A stretch of 55,540 nucleotides of DNA. Origin: an uncultured Methanomicrobiales archaeon. GTDB lineage: Archaea; Halobacteriota; Methanomicrobia; Methanomicrobiales; Methanospirillaceae. Below are positions 41,136 to 51,732 of the stretch, piece after piece. The notes beneath the pieces were generated by a model, which did not search any database, had not been told where the DNA came from, and was given only the letters and a program-made list of their open reading frames with translations. Each line of letters starts with the position of its first letter. The stretch's first letter is position 1. The stretch lies in assembly GCA_903819595.1 (NCBI GenBank), contig CAIJED010000340.1, forward strand, positions 1-55,540, given 5' to 3'. A program made the position numbers and the translations under genes.

Positions 41136-41389
41136 AACATGAGATCCTGATGAGGGACGCAAGTTTTAAGGAGTGCAGGGAATACATCCTTTCGCACTTT
41201 CCTGAACATTTCGAGGTGCTGCCCGGGTATAAGATCTTTGAAAAGCATCTCATCGGTGTCCCGCCGCTCTATATCGCCGTCGACGGGGACGATGTCATTA
41301 TCCCCTATACGAAGCCCTGCTATGGGACGTTCCTGATCAGGGTACCGGACCCGGAAATGGCTTCGGAATTGCGGCGAAAGAGACCCTGA
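41114..41389 (+). CDS. DUF1894-family protein
   Basis: MGCLESMKHEIL...SFKECREYI, IGVPP, PYTKPCYGTF. Usual partner of DUF1890. Confidence 0.85.
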   Translation: MGCLESMKHEILMRDASFKECREYILSHFPEHFEVLPGYKIFEKHLIGVPPLYIAVDGDDVIIPYTKPCYGTFLIRVPDPEMASELRRKRP

Positions 41390-41618
41390 CCACTTTTTTC
41401 CCTGCCTGATGCCCGGGATATGCCTGCCCGTATCTGCGGTCCCGCCCATGGTTTTGTCATACGTACGGGTACCCGGGATTCAGCGCAGATTACTATCGTA
41501 CCACCCAATGACCATTAATCCGGGACCGTTCGAAGCGCGGGAACCCGGTCGCCTGTGTCCCAGGACCACGGGAACCTATAATGTCTCGGAGGGATATCCT
41601 TCGTATGCCAGGGGAGGA

Positions 41619-43286
41619 ATGATGAACGACATATCAGTCCTGATTGGAGGAAAAGCCGGAGACGGGATCAATAGTGCAGGTCTTACCATTGCCCACCTGT
41701 TCAATCATCTCGGTTACCGGGTCTACATGTATTTTGATTATCCATCGCTCATCAAGGGGGGCCACAATTTTGCCATTGTAAGGGCATCTGAACAAAAAAC
41801 CGGGGCGCATCGTGGGACTGTAGATTTTCTTCTTGCATTGAATAATGATACTATTGACTTTCATACCGGCATGGTGCGGCCGGATACCGGGATCATCTAC
41901 GATTCGGGAACTGTAACAAAAGGGACCGGCACTCCAATCCCTGTACGTGAGATCCTCACCGCCGAAAACGCCCCGTTGATCATGGGAAATTCGGCGATCA
42001 TCGGAGGGTTTGCCAAAACAGCCGGAATAAAATGGGACGTGATCGAGGAGGTCTTCCGGCATCACCTGCCAAAGGAGACCGGGAAGAACCTGTCAGTGGC
42101 ACGATTGGCCTATGATGCAGCGCCTGTCATCCGGGTTGTCCCGGTGATCGGGTCGGGTCATCTGCCGGTCATCACCGGCAACGAAGCGATGGGCCTGGGC
42201 CTCATTCATGGCGGCATGGATGCCTACATCTCCTACCCGATGACACCGACTTCCAACCTCCTTCATTTCCTTGCAGAACAGGCATCTCACGTACCGATCA
42301 CCGTGATCCACCCCGAAAATGAGATCGCGGCGATGATCATGGCACTGGGATTTGCCTATGCCGGGAAAAAAGCGGCCGTAGGAACTTCAGGCGGCGGGTT
42401 CTGCCTGATGACCGAAGGACTCTCGTTTGCAGGACAGTCTGAGATCCCGGTGGTGATCGTTGTCGGGCAGCGGACGGGACCCAGTACCGGACTTCCCACG
42501 TACACCGGCCAGTCAGATCTCAATTTTGTTCTGCATGCAGGGCAGGGGGAGTTTCCACGACTCGTGGTTGCCCCAGGGGACGCGGAGGAGTCATACGGGT
42601 GGGCTTCTCTTGCGGTCCGGCTTGCATGGAAATACCAGGTCCCTGCGATTATTCTCGGTGATAAGACATTACATGAAGGGACCTACAGTTTCGACAGAAC
42701 CGAGATCGAAGGATACTATTCTGATCCAGGCATCCCGGGGGAGGAACTGGTTGCCGGCAAAAATTACGGGCGCTACAGGCTTACCGGGTCCGGCATATCC
42801 CCGATGGCCTTCCCCGGCACACCCGGTACGGTGGTCAAAGTCAGCAGTTATACCCATGACGAGACTGGCCTTTCGACCGAAGATGCAGAAATTTCGAGGG
42901 TAATGGCAGAAAAGAGGAAGAAAAAAGAAGCCCTGCTGCTGGATGAGGTCGGGCGTTACGAGGCGGTCAGGACCTACGGTGACCGCAGCAGCCCTGTGGC
43001 CCTCCTGGCATGGGGCTCCAATAAGGGGGTTGCCTGCGATGTCGCCGGTCTTCTTGGTCTTTCGGTTGTACAGCCGGTTGTCCTCTCCCCGTTCCCTCTT
43101 CACCAGGTGAAAGAGGCACTTTCCGGTGTAACGCGGCTGATATCTGTTGAAGATAACATGGAAGGACAACTGGGGTCCCTCCTTGCCAGCCACGGCATTA
43201 CGGTGAATGACCAGGTGCTGAAATACGATGGAAGGCCGTTTTCGGTCGATGAACTCCGGGTAAGGGTCATGGAGGTGTTGAAATGA
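41619..43286 (+). CDS. korA: 2-oxoacid:ferredoxin oxidoreductase alpha subunit (gamma-alpha fusion)
   Basis: IGGKAGDG, YPSLIKGGHN, YPMTPTS, ENEIAA, GPSTGLPT. GGAGG RBS. Confidence 0.92.
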   Translation: MMNDISVLIGGKAGDGINSAGLTIAHLFNHLGYRVYMYFDYPSLIKGGHNFAIVRASEQKTGAHRGTVDFLLALNNDTIDFHTGMVRPDTGIIYDSGTVTKGTGTPIPVREILTAENAPLIMGNSAIIGGFAKTAGIKWDVIEEVFRHHLPKETGKNLSVARLAYDAAPVIRVVPVIGSGHLPVITGNEAMGLGLIHGGMDAYISYPMTPTSNLLHFLAEQASHVPITVIHPENEIAAMIMALGFAYAGKKAAVGTSGGGFCLMTEGLSFAGQSEIPVVIVVGQRTGPSTGLPTYTGQSDLNFVLHAGQGEFPRLVVAPGDAEESYGWASLAVRLAWKYQVPAIILGDKTLHEGTYSFDRTEIEGYYSDPGIPGEELVAGKNYGRYRLTGSGISPMAFPGTPGTVVKVSSYTHDETGLSTEDAEISRVMAEKRKKKEALLLDEVGRYEAVRTYGDRSSPVALLAWGSNKGVACDVAGLLGLSVVQPVVLSPFPLHQVKEALSGVTRLISVEDNMEGQLGSLLASHGITVNDQVLKYDGRPFSVDELRVRVMEVLK

Positions 43287-44134
43287 CCGATCGTAACCTT
43301 GTTACCCCTGCAGAGAACACCTGGTGCCCGGGATGTGGCAACTTCTCCATCGAGTTTGCATTAAAGGCGGTGATCAGTGACCTCGTCCGGGGTGGCCAGT
43401 CCCTGGATGAGATCGTCCTTGTGACCGGGATTGGCTGCCATGCAAAGATGGCCGACTACCTGAACATCAACAGTTTTTATTCTCTTCATGGGCGGACAAT
43501 TCCCGCTGCAACCGGGATAAAGCTCGCGAACCCTAAACTGAAAGTCATATGCTGTGCCGGTGACGGGGACTGCTATGCAGAAGGCCTTGACCACCTCATC
43601 TTTGCCGCAAAACGGAATATCGATATCAGCGTGATTATCCATAATAACCGGGTTTACGGGCTTACCACCGGTCAGTACACACCGACCTCCCCACTCGGGT
43701 TCAGGGGTCGTTCGACTCCCGGAGGGACCACCGAACTCCCGATAAACCCACTCGAACTGATGCTTGCCAGTGGTGCGACTTTTGTCGCCCGTGGCTACAC
43801 AAGAAAAATGGAACAGTTACGTTCCCTCGTGATGCAGGGACTGGCGCACCGTGGTTTCTCATTTATCGATCTCCTCCAAATCTGTGCGACATACAACAAT
43901 ACGACGGATTATTACAATGAGCACGTCTATGACCTGGAGAACCACGATATATCCTCATTTGAAGATGCATTCACGAAGGCCCGTGAGTGGGACTATAATG
44001 CCGATGCCAGGATTGCCCTCGGACTTTTCTACCAGCATGTCATGCCCACCTACGAGGACCGGGTTTTTGCCCACCCGCCAGACAACACGGACCGACTGAA
44101 GGGAATAGAAGAGATCCTGCAGAAAAAAATGTAG
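43283..44134 (+). CDS. korB: 2-oxoacid:ferredoxin oxidoreductase beta subunit
   Basis: WCPGCGN, GIGCH, HGR, GDGD, NNRVYGLTTGQ. Confidence 0.93.
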   Translation: MTDRNLVTPAENTWCPGCGNFSIEFALKAVISDLVRGGQSLDEIVLVTGIGCHAKMADYLNINSFYSLHGRTIPAATGIKLANPKLKVICCAGDGDCYAEGLDHLIFAAKRNIDISVIIHNNRVYGLTTGQYTPTSPLGFRGRSTPGGTTELPINPLELMLASGATFVARGYTRKMEQLRSLVMQGLAHRGFSFIDLLQICATYNNTTDYYNEHVYDLENHDISSFEDAFTKAREWDYNADARIALGLFYQHVMPTYEDRVFAHPPDNTDRLKGIEEILQKKM

Positions 44135-44343
44135 CCCTGCATTTCAAAAGGGCCTCATTTTTTCCGTTGTTTCTGCCCGGTTCCTGGTGATGGCTGCTTC
44201 GTGTTTTTTTTGAAACTGTCTGCTTTGGTGTGCCCGGTACGGAGGTGATCAACTCCCCGGGGCCGGTAGTCCGGAGGAGGACGCATGACTGTTAATAGGT
44301 GCGAATGCAAGTACTACCTGGAATTTAACCGTGGATACCCGGA

Positions 44344-44943
44344 ATGGTCGACGCTGTAACCCTTACCCCCGTTTTCGCATGGGTCATACTCCCCCTGCTG
44401 ATATTTTTTGCCCGTATCTGTGACGTAACGCTCGGTACGATTCGGGTAATTTTCATTTCTAAGGGATTCAAGTACATCGCCCCCTGTATCGGGTTTTTCG
44501 AGGTGATTATCTGGCTTCTTGCGATTGGACAGGTGATGAATAATATCACGAATGTCGCGTCGTATATTGCCTATGGTGCCGGGTTTGCTACTGGTACGTT
44601 TGTTGGAATGGCAATTGAAGAAAAACTGTCCCTTGGTACCGTGATTGTCCGGGTCATCACGAACCACGAGGCGAAAGAACTGGTTGAATATTTGCGTGCC
44701 CATGATTACGGTGTGACGGCAATCGATGCGACAGGGTCTTCGGGTCCTGTCAAGGTCCTCTTCATGGTGCTTAAAAGACAGGACCTGGGCAGGGTAACCG
44801 GGATTATCCGGCAGTTCCAGCCGAATGCGTTTTATTCGATAGAAGATGTAAAATCAGCGGCAGAAGGTGTATTCCCCGAGAGGAGATCAAAATACCTGGT
44901 AAGTCACGGGGATTTGCTGAAATTTTTCAGGAAAGACAAGTGA
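44344..44943 (+). CDS. DUF5698/DUF2179 membrane protein
   Basis: RICDVTLGTIR, GFFEVIIWL, GFATGTFVG, PNAFYSIEDV. Confidence 0.88.
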   Translation: MVDAVTLTPVFAWVILPLLIFFARICDVTLGTIRVIFISKGFKYIAPCIGFFEVIIWLLAIGQVMNNITNVASYIAYGAGFATGTFVGMAIEEKLSLGTVIVRVITNHEAKELVEYLRAHDYGVTAIDATGSSGPVKVLFMVLKRQDLGRVTGIIRQFQPNAFYSIEDVKSAAEGVFPERRSKYLVSHGDLLKFFRKDK

Positions 44944-45078
44944 ATTGTGGAAACGGAGATGGGAACATCGATTTGATTTCGATGAACGTCAATCCTGCAG
45001 GTCTGTAACGGCCCATGACGACCTGGCTTCCTGCTGCCGGAGATCTTAAAATGAGCAGGGATCTACCCCCTATTTTCT

Positions 45079-45792
45079 TCAGGAGGGTTCCGGAAAGAGT
45101 GGGTAGAGCAGGTCCGGAAGGTCAAAAATCGTATTCAGTATATACTCTGCATAAACTTCCCCGCGGGTGTCTGCCAGACGGTCCCCATATCGTGCGTAAA
45201 ATGTCTGCATCCCGACTTTGCGGGCAGGCGCAAGGTCGCGGTGAGGGCTGTCACCGATCATCGCTGTTACGGTACTTCCACAGCCAAGTTTACTGATGGC
45301 AAGAAGGAACGGTGCCGTATCAGGTTTTTTTCGCCCCGTCATTTCAAAGGTAACGATCTGGTCAAATGCACATGAAAGACCGACTTTCTCCAACCGGCGT
45401 TTCGCATGGTACATATCCGCATCAGTGACCAGTCCGAGGGGAATCTCCATTTCCCGGATTTCCTGGACTACCTGCGTGACCCCGGGGTATGCCGTGATAT
45501 TGTTTAATTTTTCGTGCTCGTACAGGGCGCAGACCTCATTATAACGTGGTACCTCAAAAATGTCCCTGTCAAGGAGGTAATCCCTGATGTTTCTCCAGTC
45601 CTCGAATCCCCAGTCAGGCCGGAGGAAATAGGAAAAAAGGTCCTCACCGTCATCCCTTCCCAGGTACTCTGATACTGTGTCACATGCGGCAATTTTGGCA
45701 CCGATCAGGTCAAACAGGGTATTATCCATGTCAAATATTACTGCCCTGACCCTATCCTTCGTCTGTTGAACTGGTGATATGTGATACGCCAT
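45079..45792 (-). CDS. HAD-superfamily hydrolase
   Basis: FDMDNTL, VTD, KKP, GDSPHRDL. Confidence 0.9.
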   Translation of the reverse strand: MAYHISPVQQTKDRVRAVIFDMDNTLFDLIGAKIAACDTVSEYLGRDDGEDLFSYFLRPDWGFEDWRNIRDYLLDRDIFEVPRYNEVCALYEHEKLNNITAYPGVTQVVQEIREMEIPLGLVTDADMYHAKRRLEKVGLSCAFDQIVTFEMTGRKKPDTAPFLLAISKLGCGSTVTAMIGDSPHRDLAPARKVGMQTFYARYGDRLADTRGEVYAEYILNTIFDLPDLLYPLFPEPS

Positions 45793-45927
45793 CCGGATAT
45801 TCGCCTAAAAGAATATCCTCTCTTTCCAATGTAAGTGATTCCATCATGAGGGCAATACCAGGGTAATAAAAAACGGGCTGCTGACAGTTCCGGCCACTCT
45901 TCTTAAAAAAATGGGACCCTTGAATGG

Positions 45928-46494
45928 TTATGAGAGATTTTTCATCCTGACGATCTCGACCGGAAGGCCCCATTGGTCAATGCTTATCGCATCAGGTCTT
46001 CCCTTTGCCGTGAACGAGACTACCGACCCGTCCTGTCTGAATTCCTTGTCCATGTCGAGGGGCAGATACTGCAGCACCCCGGATTTTCCACCGGTGTCGA
46101 CAACAATCCCGTAGAAACCTCCTTCTGTGGTCTGATATGTTACGTTCCCGATACCATAGATGTATCCGGTATCACCGGGGATTTGGCGCATCAGAACGAT
46201 CTCAACAGGGATTCCTGCCTGGACCGGGAACGTGGATTTTGGGACGGTATATCCGGAAAATGCAATCCTGTCGCCGTTTTTGAAGTGATTAACAGGGAAT
46301 GGGGATGGGATGTAGACAAGCCCGTCATCACCGTTGATCTCCAAAGATACCCCGGGTATGGCAGGGATGTTCAGGACTCCGGTACCATCGATGATTGTCC
46401 GTTCCGTCATCGTCGTGTTTGTACAGCCAGGAACGATGCTGAAAATGGCAAGAATGCTAAGGAGCAGGAAAATTGGGACGGGTATCTTCATCAT
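45928..46494 (-). CDS. Hypothetical lipoprotein with two tandem ~75-aa modules
   Basis: Signal ending VPGC. Modules both end (G/L)(I/L)PVEIV. Confidence 0.75.
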   Translation of the reverse strand: MMKIPVPIFLLLSILAIFSIVPGCTNTTMTERTIIDGTGVLNIPAIPGVSLEINGDDGLVYIPSPFPVNHFKNGDRIAFSGYTVPKSTFPVQAGIPVEIVLMRQIPGDTGYIYGIGNVTYQTTEGGFYGIVVDTGGKSGVLQYLPLDMDKEFRQDGSVVSFTAKGRPDAISIDQWGLPVEIVRMKNLS

Positions 46495-46663
46495 ACCCTC
46501 GACTTTTCAATGCCCGAAAATAAGAAACTTCCTGCCAGCGATGACCGGGACGGGGGTGCAGGTTTTCCTGTACGGGTAACTATTGGTACCGCCATCGAAT
46601 CCCAGGGTGTGTCCACACCTTTTATACACAGTTCTCCCAATAGGAAAACGAGGACAAAAGGGG

Positions 46664-48037
46664 ATGATACTACGACAGGTCACCTCGGCAGGAATCGCCC
46701 ACCACTCCTATTACATCGGGTCGGGCATGACTGCGGCCGTGATTGATCCACGCAGGGACTGCGAGGTGTACCTCGGGATCGCAGGGGAGCTCGGCCAGCA
46801 GATCTCTTTTATTTTTGAGACCCACCGGAACGAAGACTACGTGTCTGGCGCCCGTGAACTTGCAGAACGCACGGGGGCCCGGATTTATCATGGCCCGGTG
46901 ACCGCCTTCTCCTACGGGACAAGGATAGAAGAGGGGATGAGCATCATGGCGGGCGACCTCCGCATCAGCGTGCTCGAAACTCCCGGCCATACTCCCGACA
47001 GCATATCGCTGTTGGTCAGGGATACGAAGGTATCCGGTGACCCGTACCTGGTATTTACAGGGGACTCCCTGTTCTCAGGTGATGTCGGCCGTACCGATCT
47101 CTTCGGCAGGGGGAGAGGTGAAGAAGCCGCCGGGATGCTCTACGATAGCATCTGGAACAAGATCCTGCCCCTTGGAGATGCGGTTCTGGTCTACCCTGCC
47201 CATGGCGCAGGGTCAGTCTGCGGGGCTGACATTGTTGACCACCCCGTCACAACCACCGGGTACGAGAAAAAAACCAATCCCCTTCTTCAGAAGGACCGCA
47301 CGGCATTTATCGATTTTAAAACAAGGGAACACCATTACGTTCCCCCTTACTTTTCGCACATGGAAGAGGTCAACCAGGATGGACCTCGCCTGATGGGGCA
47401 CCTCCCTCATCTGATCCCGTATACCGGCAGCCAGGTGAAAGAAATGGCCGGTAAGGGTGCGCAACTCCTCGATATCCGGGCTCCCGGTAGTTTCGGGTCC
47501 GGTCATATCGAAGGCAGCCTCTCTATCTGGCGTGAAGGCCTTGCGGCGTATATGGGCTGGTTCCTCGATTACCAGGAGCCAATTATCATTATTGACGAAT
47601 TCAACCTTGACCTGGGACCGGTAATGCGGCAGTTTGTCCGTCTCGGGTATGATAACCTGAAGGGTTACCTCGCGGGAGGGTTCCCGGGGTGGTACAAGTC
47701 AGGTGAACGTTATCGCCTGCACCGTATATGGTCTGTGTATGACCTTCATCAGGCAATGGAGTCAGCATCAGAAGAATTTTATCTCCTTGATGTGCGCGAT
47801 ATCCGTAACCGTGAAAAAACCGGGCATATCCCGGGCGACCACCATATGTTTGTGGGGGAGCTTTCCGGACTGATCGATGAGGTTTCGCGGAATGAAAACA
47901 TTGTGATATATTGTGATGCGGGCTACAAGGGTTGCCTTGCTGCGAGTTTTCTTTCAAAACACGGGTATCAGCGGGTAACGAACATCCTTGGCGGGATGTC
48001 GGCCTGGTCTGCGGCAGGTCTGCCCGTGGAAAAATAA
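46664..48037 (+). CDS. MBL-fold hydrolase with two rhodanese domains (persulfide dioxygenase/sulfurtransferase-like)
   Basis: IDPRRD, TPGHT, FTGDSLFSGDVGRTD, PAHGAGSVCG, GHIEG/GHIPG, YCDAG, GGMSAW. Confidence 0.92.
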   Translation: MILRQVTSAGIAHHSYYIGSGMTAAVIDPRRDCEVYLGIAGELGQQISFIFETHRNEDYVSGARELAERTGARIYHGPVTAFSYGTRIEEGMSIMAGDLRISVLETPGHTPDSISLLVRDTKVSGDPYLVFTGDSLFSGDVGRTDLFGRGRGEEAAGMLYDSIWNKILPLGDAVLVYPAHGAGSVCGADIVDHPVTTTGYEKKTNPLLQKDRTAFIDFKTREHHYVPPYFSHMEEVNQDGPRLMGHLPHLIPYTGSQVKEMAGKGAQLLDIRAPGSFGSGHIEGSLSIWREGLAAYMGWFLDYQEPIIIIDEFNLDLGPVMRQFVRLGYDNLKGYLAGGFPGWYKSGERYRLHRIWSVYDLHQAMESASEEFYLLDVRDIRNREKTGHIPGDHHMFVGELSGLIDEVSRNENIVIYCDAGYKGCLAASFLSKHGYQRVTNILGGMSAWSAAGLPVEK

Positions 48038-48257
48038 CTGCCGCGACCTTTTATTATCCAGATCCCTGGTTCCAGCCCGGAGTGAGGCGACACTGTTTTG
48101 CGAGATCGGCTTTCCCAGCCAGATACAGGAATGATCACCCCTGAGGAATCGGCGGTTCTTTTCCAATCATTCGGAAACGGTTACCGGAAGAGAACGGAAA
48201 GAGAGATAAAATTACAAATCTTTATCAATGCAGGCCTGATACTCTCTTAAGATCGGA

Positions 48258-48734
48258 ATGGAGATTATAAAGATCCCACGGATGGAAAAAGCGGAATACG
48301 ACAACCTGATCGAAGAGGGCTATATCTGCCGTATTGCGTTCCAGGGCGAAAAATATCCCTATATCGCCCCGTTTCTTTATGTTTTTGATGGCCAGTTCAT
48401 ATACTTCATCTCAACAAAATACGGGAAAAAGATCGAATACTTCAGGAAAAGCCCCTATGTCTCTGTAGAGGTCGAGAAATACACGAAAGACCTCTCCTGC
48501 TATACCTTCGTGACGCTGCAGGGTTACCTTGAAGAGGTGCATGACTCAATCGAGAAAAAACTTATCCGGCAGCGCTTTATCGAACTAATCAAGGAAAAGC
48601 ACCTGTCCATGAATATCCTTGCAGCGCTTGGCCACTCCCCGCTTGACCCGCCTGAAGCGATTGCAAATGAAGAGCGGTCCCTTGTCTGGAAACTGACAGG
48701 TGTGAAAGACCTTGTGGCTCTGAAGAACCTCTGA
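48258..48734 (+). CDS. Pyridoxamine 5'-phosphate oxidase / NimA-like flavin-binding protein
   Basis: CRIAF...YPYIAPFLY...GKKIE...PYVSVEVE. Confidence 0.88.
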   Translation: MEIIKIPRMEKAEYDNLIEEGYICRIAFQGEKYPYIAPFLYVFDGQFIYFISTKYGKKIEYFRKSPYVSVEVEKYTKDLSCYTFVTLQGYLEEVHDSIEKKLIRQRFIELIKEKHLSMNILAALGHSPLDPPEAIANEERSLVWKLTGVKDLVALKNL

Positions 48735-48754
48735 CCATTTTTTTGGGCCAAAAA

Positions 48755-50896
48755 TTAGTCAGATGATGATTTAGTCTTTTTTAGTTCCTCCACCATCGTC
48801 TCCGGGCCAGTCACCGGGTAGGAACATTGCTGGTTCTTACAGACGTACGCGGTTGCTTTTCCGTCTTTTTCTTTCATCTCTTCTGTAAAACCTGATATCC
48901 GGTCAATTTCGAATGGCCCGTCCCCTGCGGGTCGGTGGAGCAGCACTACAGATGGAAAATACCGTGAATTGATGGCGTCCTTTAAGGAATCCGTATCAGG
49001 TGCCCCGGGTCTTCCCACGATAACCACGCTGGATGATGGTCCGAGTGCAAAATCAAGTGAAGAAAGAAATGCCGTGTACCCTGCAGGTGACTGTTCCGCA
49101 AGCGGTGAGATGGTGCCTGCAAGGTCCCATGCCCGTGCGTGGTAATCCGGACTGATGGTCATCAGCCCAAGCCTCAATAAATTGTTCATCGCAACGGCAT
49201 TGACCGATGGGAGTGCGCCATCATCCATGTCTTTCTGCCGGATGATGAGGTCCGTCTCATCCTCGTGGGAGTTAAAATATCCTCCGTCCCTCCTGTCAAG
49301 GAAATGGAGGGTGAAGTATGCCTCAATTGCGATCGCAGCCTCCAGGTACCCTGGCAGAAATGTTAGTTCATACAGGTCGAGAAGTCCTGCACAAAAATAC
49401 GCGTAATCAGATGCTACCCCGCGTATACCTGGCTTTCCACGCCTGTAGCGGTGAAAAAGCTCCCCGGTGCCGGACCGCATGGTACCAAGGATAAAATCTG
49501 CGGCCCTGGTGGCTGCGTCGAGGTACTGGTCATCCCCGAATGCGCGGGCCGCACGGGACAGTGCCGAGATGACCAGTCCATTCCAGTCAGTGAGTACCTT
49601 GTCATCTTTTTGGGGTGGGACGCGGTTCTTCCGGACAGCGAAGAGACGTTGACGTGCATGTGAAAGCCTTGCCCGATATTCCTCTTCCGGTAGATGGTTC
49701 CTTGGTCCGGACCGTCCCGGTGCGACGGCCAGGTGCAGGATATTCTCCCCGTTTCGCTGCCCGGTATCCTGTGAGTGAAAATTACCCCCGGGTTGTACCT
49801 GGTAGGCCCCGATAAACAGGGGGGCTTCATCCCCGAGCGCTTCCTCGATCTCACGATTTTTCCAGAGATAGAATTTTCCCTCTATTCCTTCGCTATCGGC
49901 GTCTTGTGCCGAGTAAAATCCGCCCTGGTGATCACGCATATCCCGGAGGAGGTAGGTGAGGCACTCCTCTGCCGTTGTCCGGAATGAGCCGGTCCCTGTC
50001 GCAAGATATGCGTCCGTGTAGACCATAATGAGTAATGCCTGGTCGTAGAGCATTTTCTCAAAATGTGGGACCAGCCATCCGGAATCTGTGGAATACCGGT
50101 GGAACCCGTACCCGATATGATCATAAATGCCCCCGTCTGACATTGCCATGAGGGTTTTCCTGGCCATTTCAAGTGCATTTACTTCACCCGTTCTGTTCCA
50201 GTACCGAAGAAGAAACGATATGGTGTGTGGCATCGGGAATTTCGGGGCACGAGAAAACCCCCCGCTGGCCGGATCGAACCGGCGTGCAAGTTCATGGTAC
50301 GCTGCATGAAGAAGCAATTCGGTTCCCGGGCTGCCCATCATCGTTCGCTGCCCCTGGGAAAGGGTACGGGTAATTGTCTCCACAGTTTTCCTGATATCGG
50401 GACGCCGGGATTTCCAGATGGTTTCGATCCCGGGTATCAGGTCCAGAAGACCCGTTGATCCGAACCGGCTCGTCTTCGGGATATACGTTGCCGCAAAAAA
50501 GGGTTCCCGATCCGGTGTCATCATGATGGTGAGTGGCCAGCCACCCGATCCCGTGAGTGCCTGGGCAACTGACAGGTAGAGGGCATCAATATCCGGACGC
50601 TCTTCCCGGTCCACCTTGATGCAGATAAACGCCTGGTTCAGCAGGGCTGCTACTTCATCGTCTTCAAACGATTCATGCGCCATCACGTGACACCAGTGGC
50701 AGGTCGAGTATCCGATCGAGAGGAAAACAGGCCGATCCAGTTTCCGGGCGGTCTGAAATGCCTCCTCCCCCCACGGGTACCAATCAACCGGGTTGTATGC
50801 ATGCTGGAGCAGGTAGGGGCTGGTTTCCCGGATCAGGCGGTTCGGATTTCTGGATACCTCCCTCCCGGCAGGGCCCCCATTTTCACGGGGCGGCAT
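48755..50896 (-). CDS. Thioredoxin-domain protein YyaL/SPATA20 (DUF255)
   Basis: [50 protein letters not shown]. Confidence 0.95.
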   Translation of the reverse strand: MPPRENGGPAGREVSRNPNRLIRETSPYLLQHAYNPVDWYPWGEEAFQTARKLDRPVFLSIGYSTCHWCHVMAHESFEDDEVAALLNQAFICIKVDREERPDIDALYLSVAQALTGSGGWPLTIMMTPDREPFFAATYIPKTSRFGSTGLLDLIPGIETIWKSRRPDIRKTVETITRTLSQGQRTMMGSPGTELLLHAAYHELARRFDPASGGFSRAPKFPMPHTISFLLRYWNRTGEVNALEMARKTLMAMSDGGIYDHIGYGFHRYSTDSGWLVPHFEKMLYDQALLIMVYTDAYLATGTGSFRTTAEECLTYLLRDMRDHQGGFYSAQDADSEGIEGKFYLWKNREIEEALGDEAPLFIGAYQVQPGGNFHSQDTGQRNGENILHLAVAPGRSGPRNHLPEEEYRARLSHARQRLFAVRKNRVPPQKDDKVLTDWNGLVISALSRAARAFGDDQYLDAATRAADFILGTMRSGTGELFHRYRRGKPGIRGVASDYAYFCAGLLDLYELTFLPGYLEAAIAIEAYFTLHFLDRRDGGYFNSHEDETDLIIRQKDMDDGALPSVNAVAMNNLLRLGLMTISPDYHARAWDLAGTISPLAEQSPAGYTAFLSSLDFALGPSSSVVIVGRPGAPDTDSLKDAINSRYFPSVVLLHRPAGDGPFEIDRISGFTEEMKEKDGKATAYVCKNQQCSYPVTGPETMVEELKKTKSSSD

Positions 50897-51100
50897 ACCC
50901 GTCCATTGGTTATATGCATATTTGTGTATTTCCCCGGTGGCGGATGGCAGGAGATGAAAAAAACAGAACCCTCAAAGGCCTGTTATGTCATGGCGCCGGA
51001 CAACCGGGCTCCGGTAAAATTGAATGGAATAGGAAGGCGGGACCAGGATTTTTTCACGCCGGCCACTCCGCTCTTTAAAAAAAATTTGAAAAGCAAGACC

Positions 51101-51571
51101 TTACTGCATGGTTGCCCTGATGATTGTTACCGGTGTTTTTGGCCTGTCGCTGGCATCCTTGGGAACTTTCGCAATCTTATCCACCACCTCCATGCCATTG
51201 ATAACCTTTCCGAATGCAGGGTGGCGTCCGTCGAGGAAGTTGTTGTCGATCAGGTTGATGAAAAACTGGCTGCCCCCTGTGTTAGGTCCCGAATTTGCCA
51301 TCGAGATGGTGCCACGGTTGTTCTGGCTCGCGGGTGTAAATTCATCAGCGATTGCATAACCCGGGCCTCCGCACCCGGTCCCGGTCGGATCTCCGCCCTG
51401 GACCATAAACCCGTTGATGATCCGGTGGAAGATCACGCCGTTATAATATCCCTGGGTGACGAGTTTTTCAAAATTGCCTGCCGTGATCGGCATTTTGTTG
51501 TCGAGTTCGAGAGAGAACACTCCCATCGTCGTCTCAATTACAGCAATGCGAGGTTTTTCACCATCAGTCAT
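51101..51571 (-). CDS. ppiA: Cyclophilin-type peptidyl-prolyl isomerase
   Basis: FHRIINGFMVQGGDPTGTG, MANSGPNTGGSQFF. Confidence 0.96.
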   Translation of the reverse strand: MTDGEKPRIAVIETTMGVFSLELDNKMPITAGNFEKLVTQGYYNGVIFHRIINGFMVQGGDPTGTGCGGPGYAIADEFTPASQNNRGTISMANSGPNTGGSQFFINLIDNNFLDGRHPAFGKVINGMEVVDKIAKVPKDASDRPKTPVTIIRATMQ

Positions 51572-51732
51572 GTATATCTATCGTTTCGGGACGGCTATTA
51601 ACCTTCCATTCGTACGGGTTGGAATTTTCCGGATGACTGTAGAAGAATTTTCTGCGTATGGTTATACTTGAGGTCCAACCCGGTACCAATACCGCGAGAT
51701 ATTTCAGATCTGTTTTCCTAATGGTATACTCA

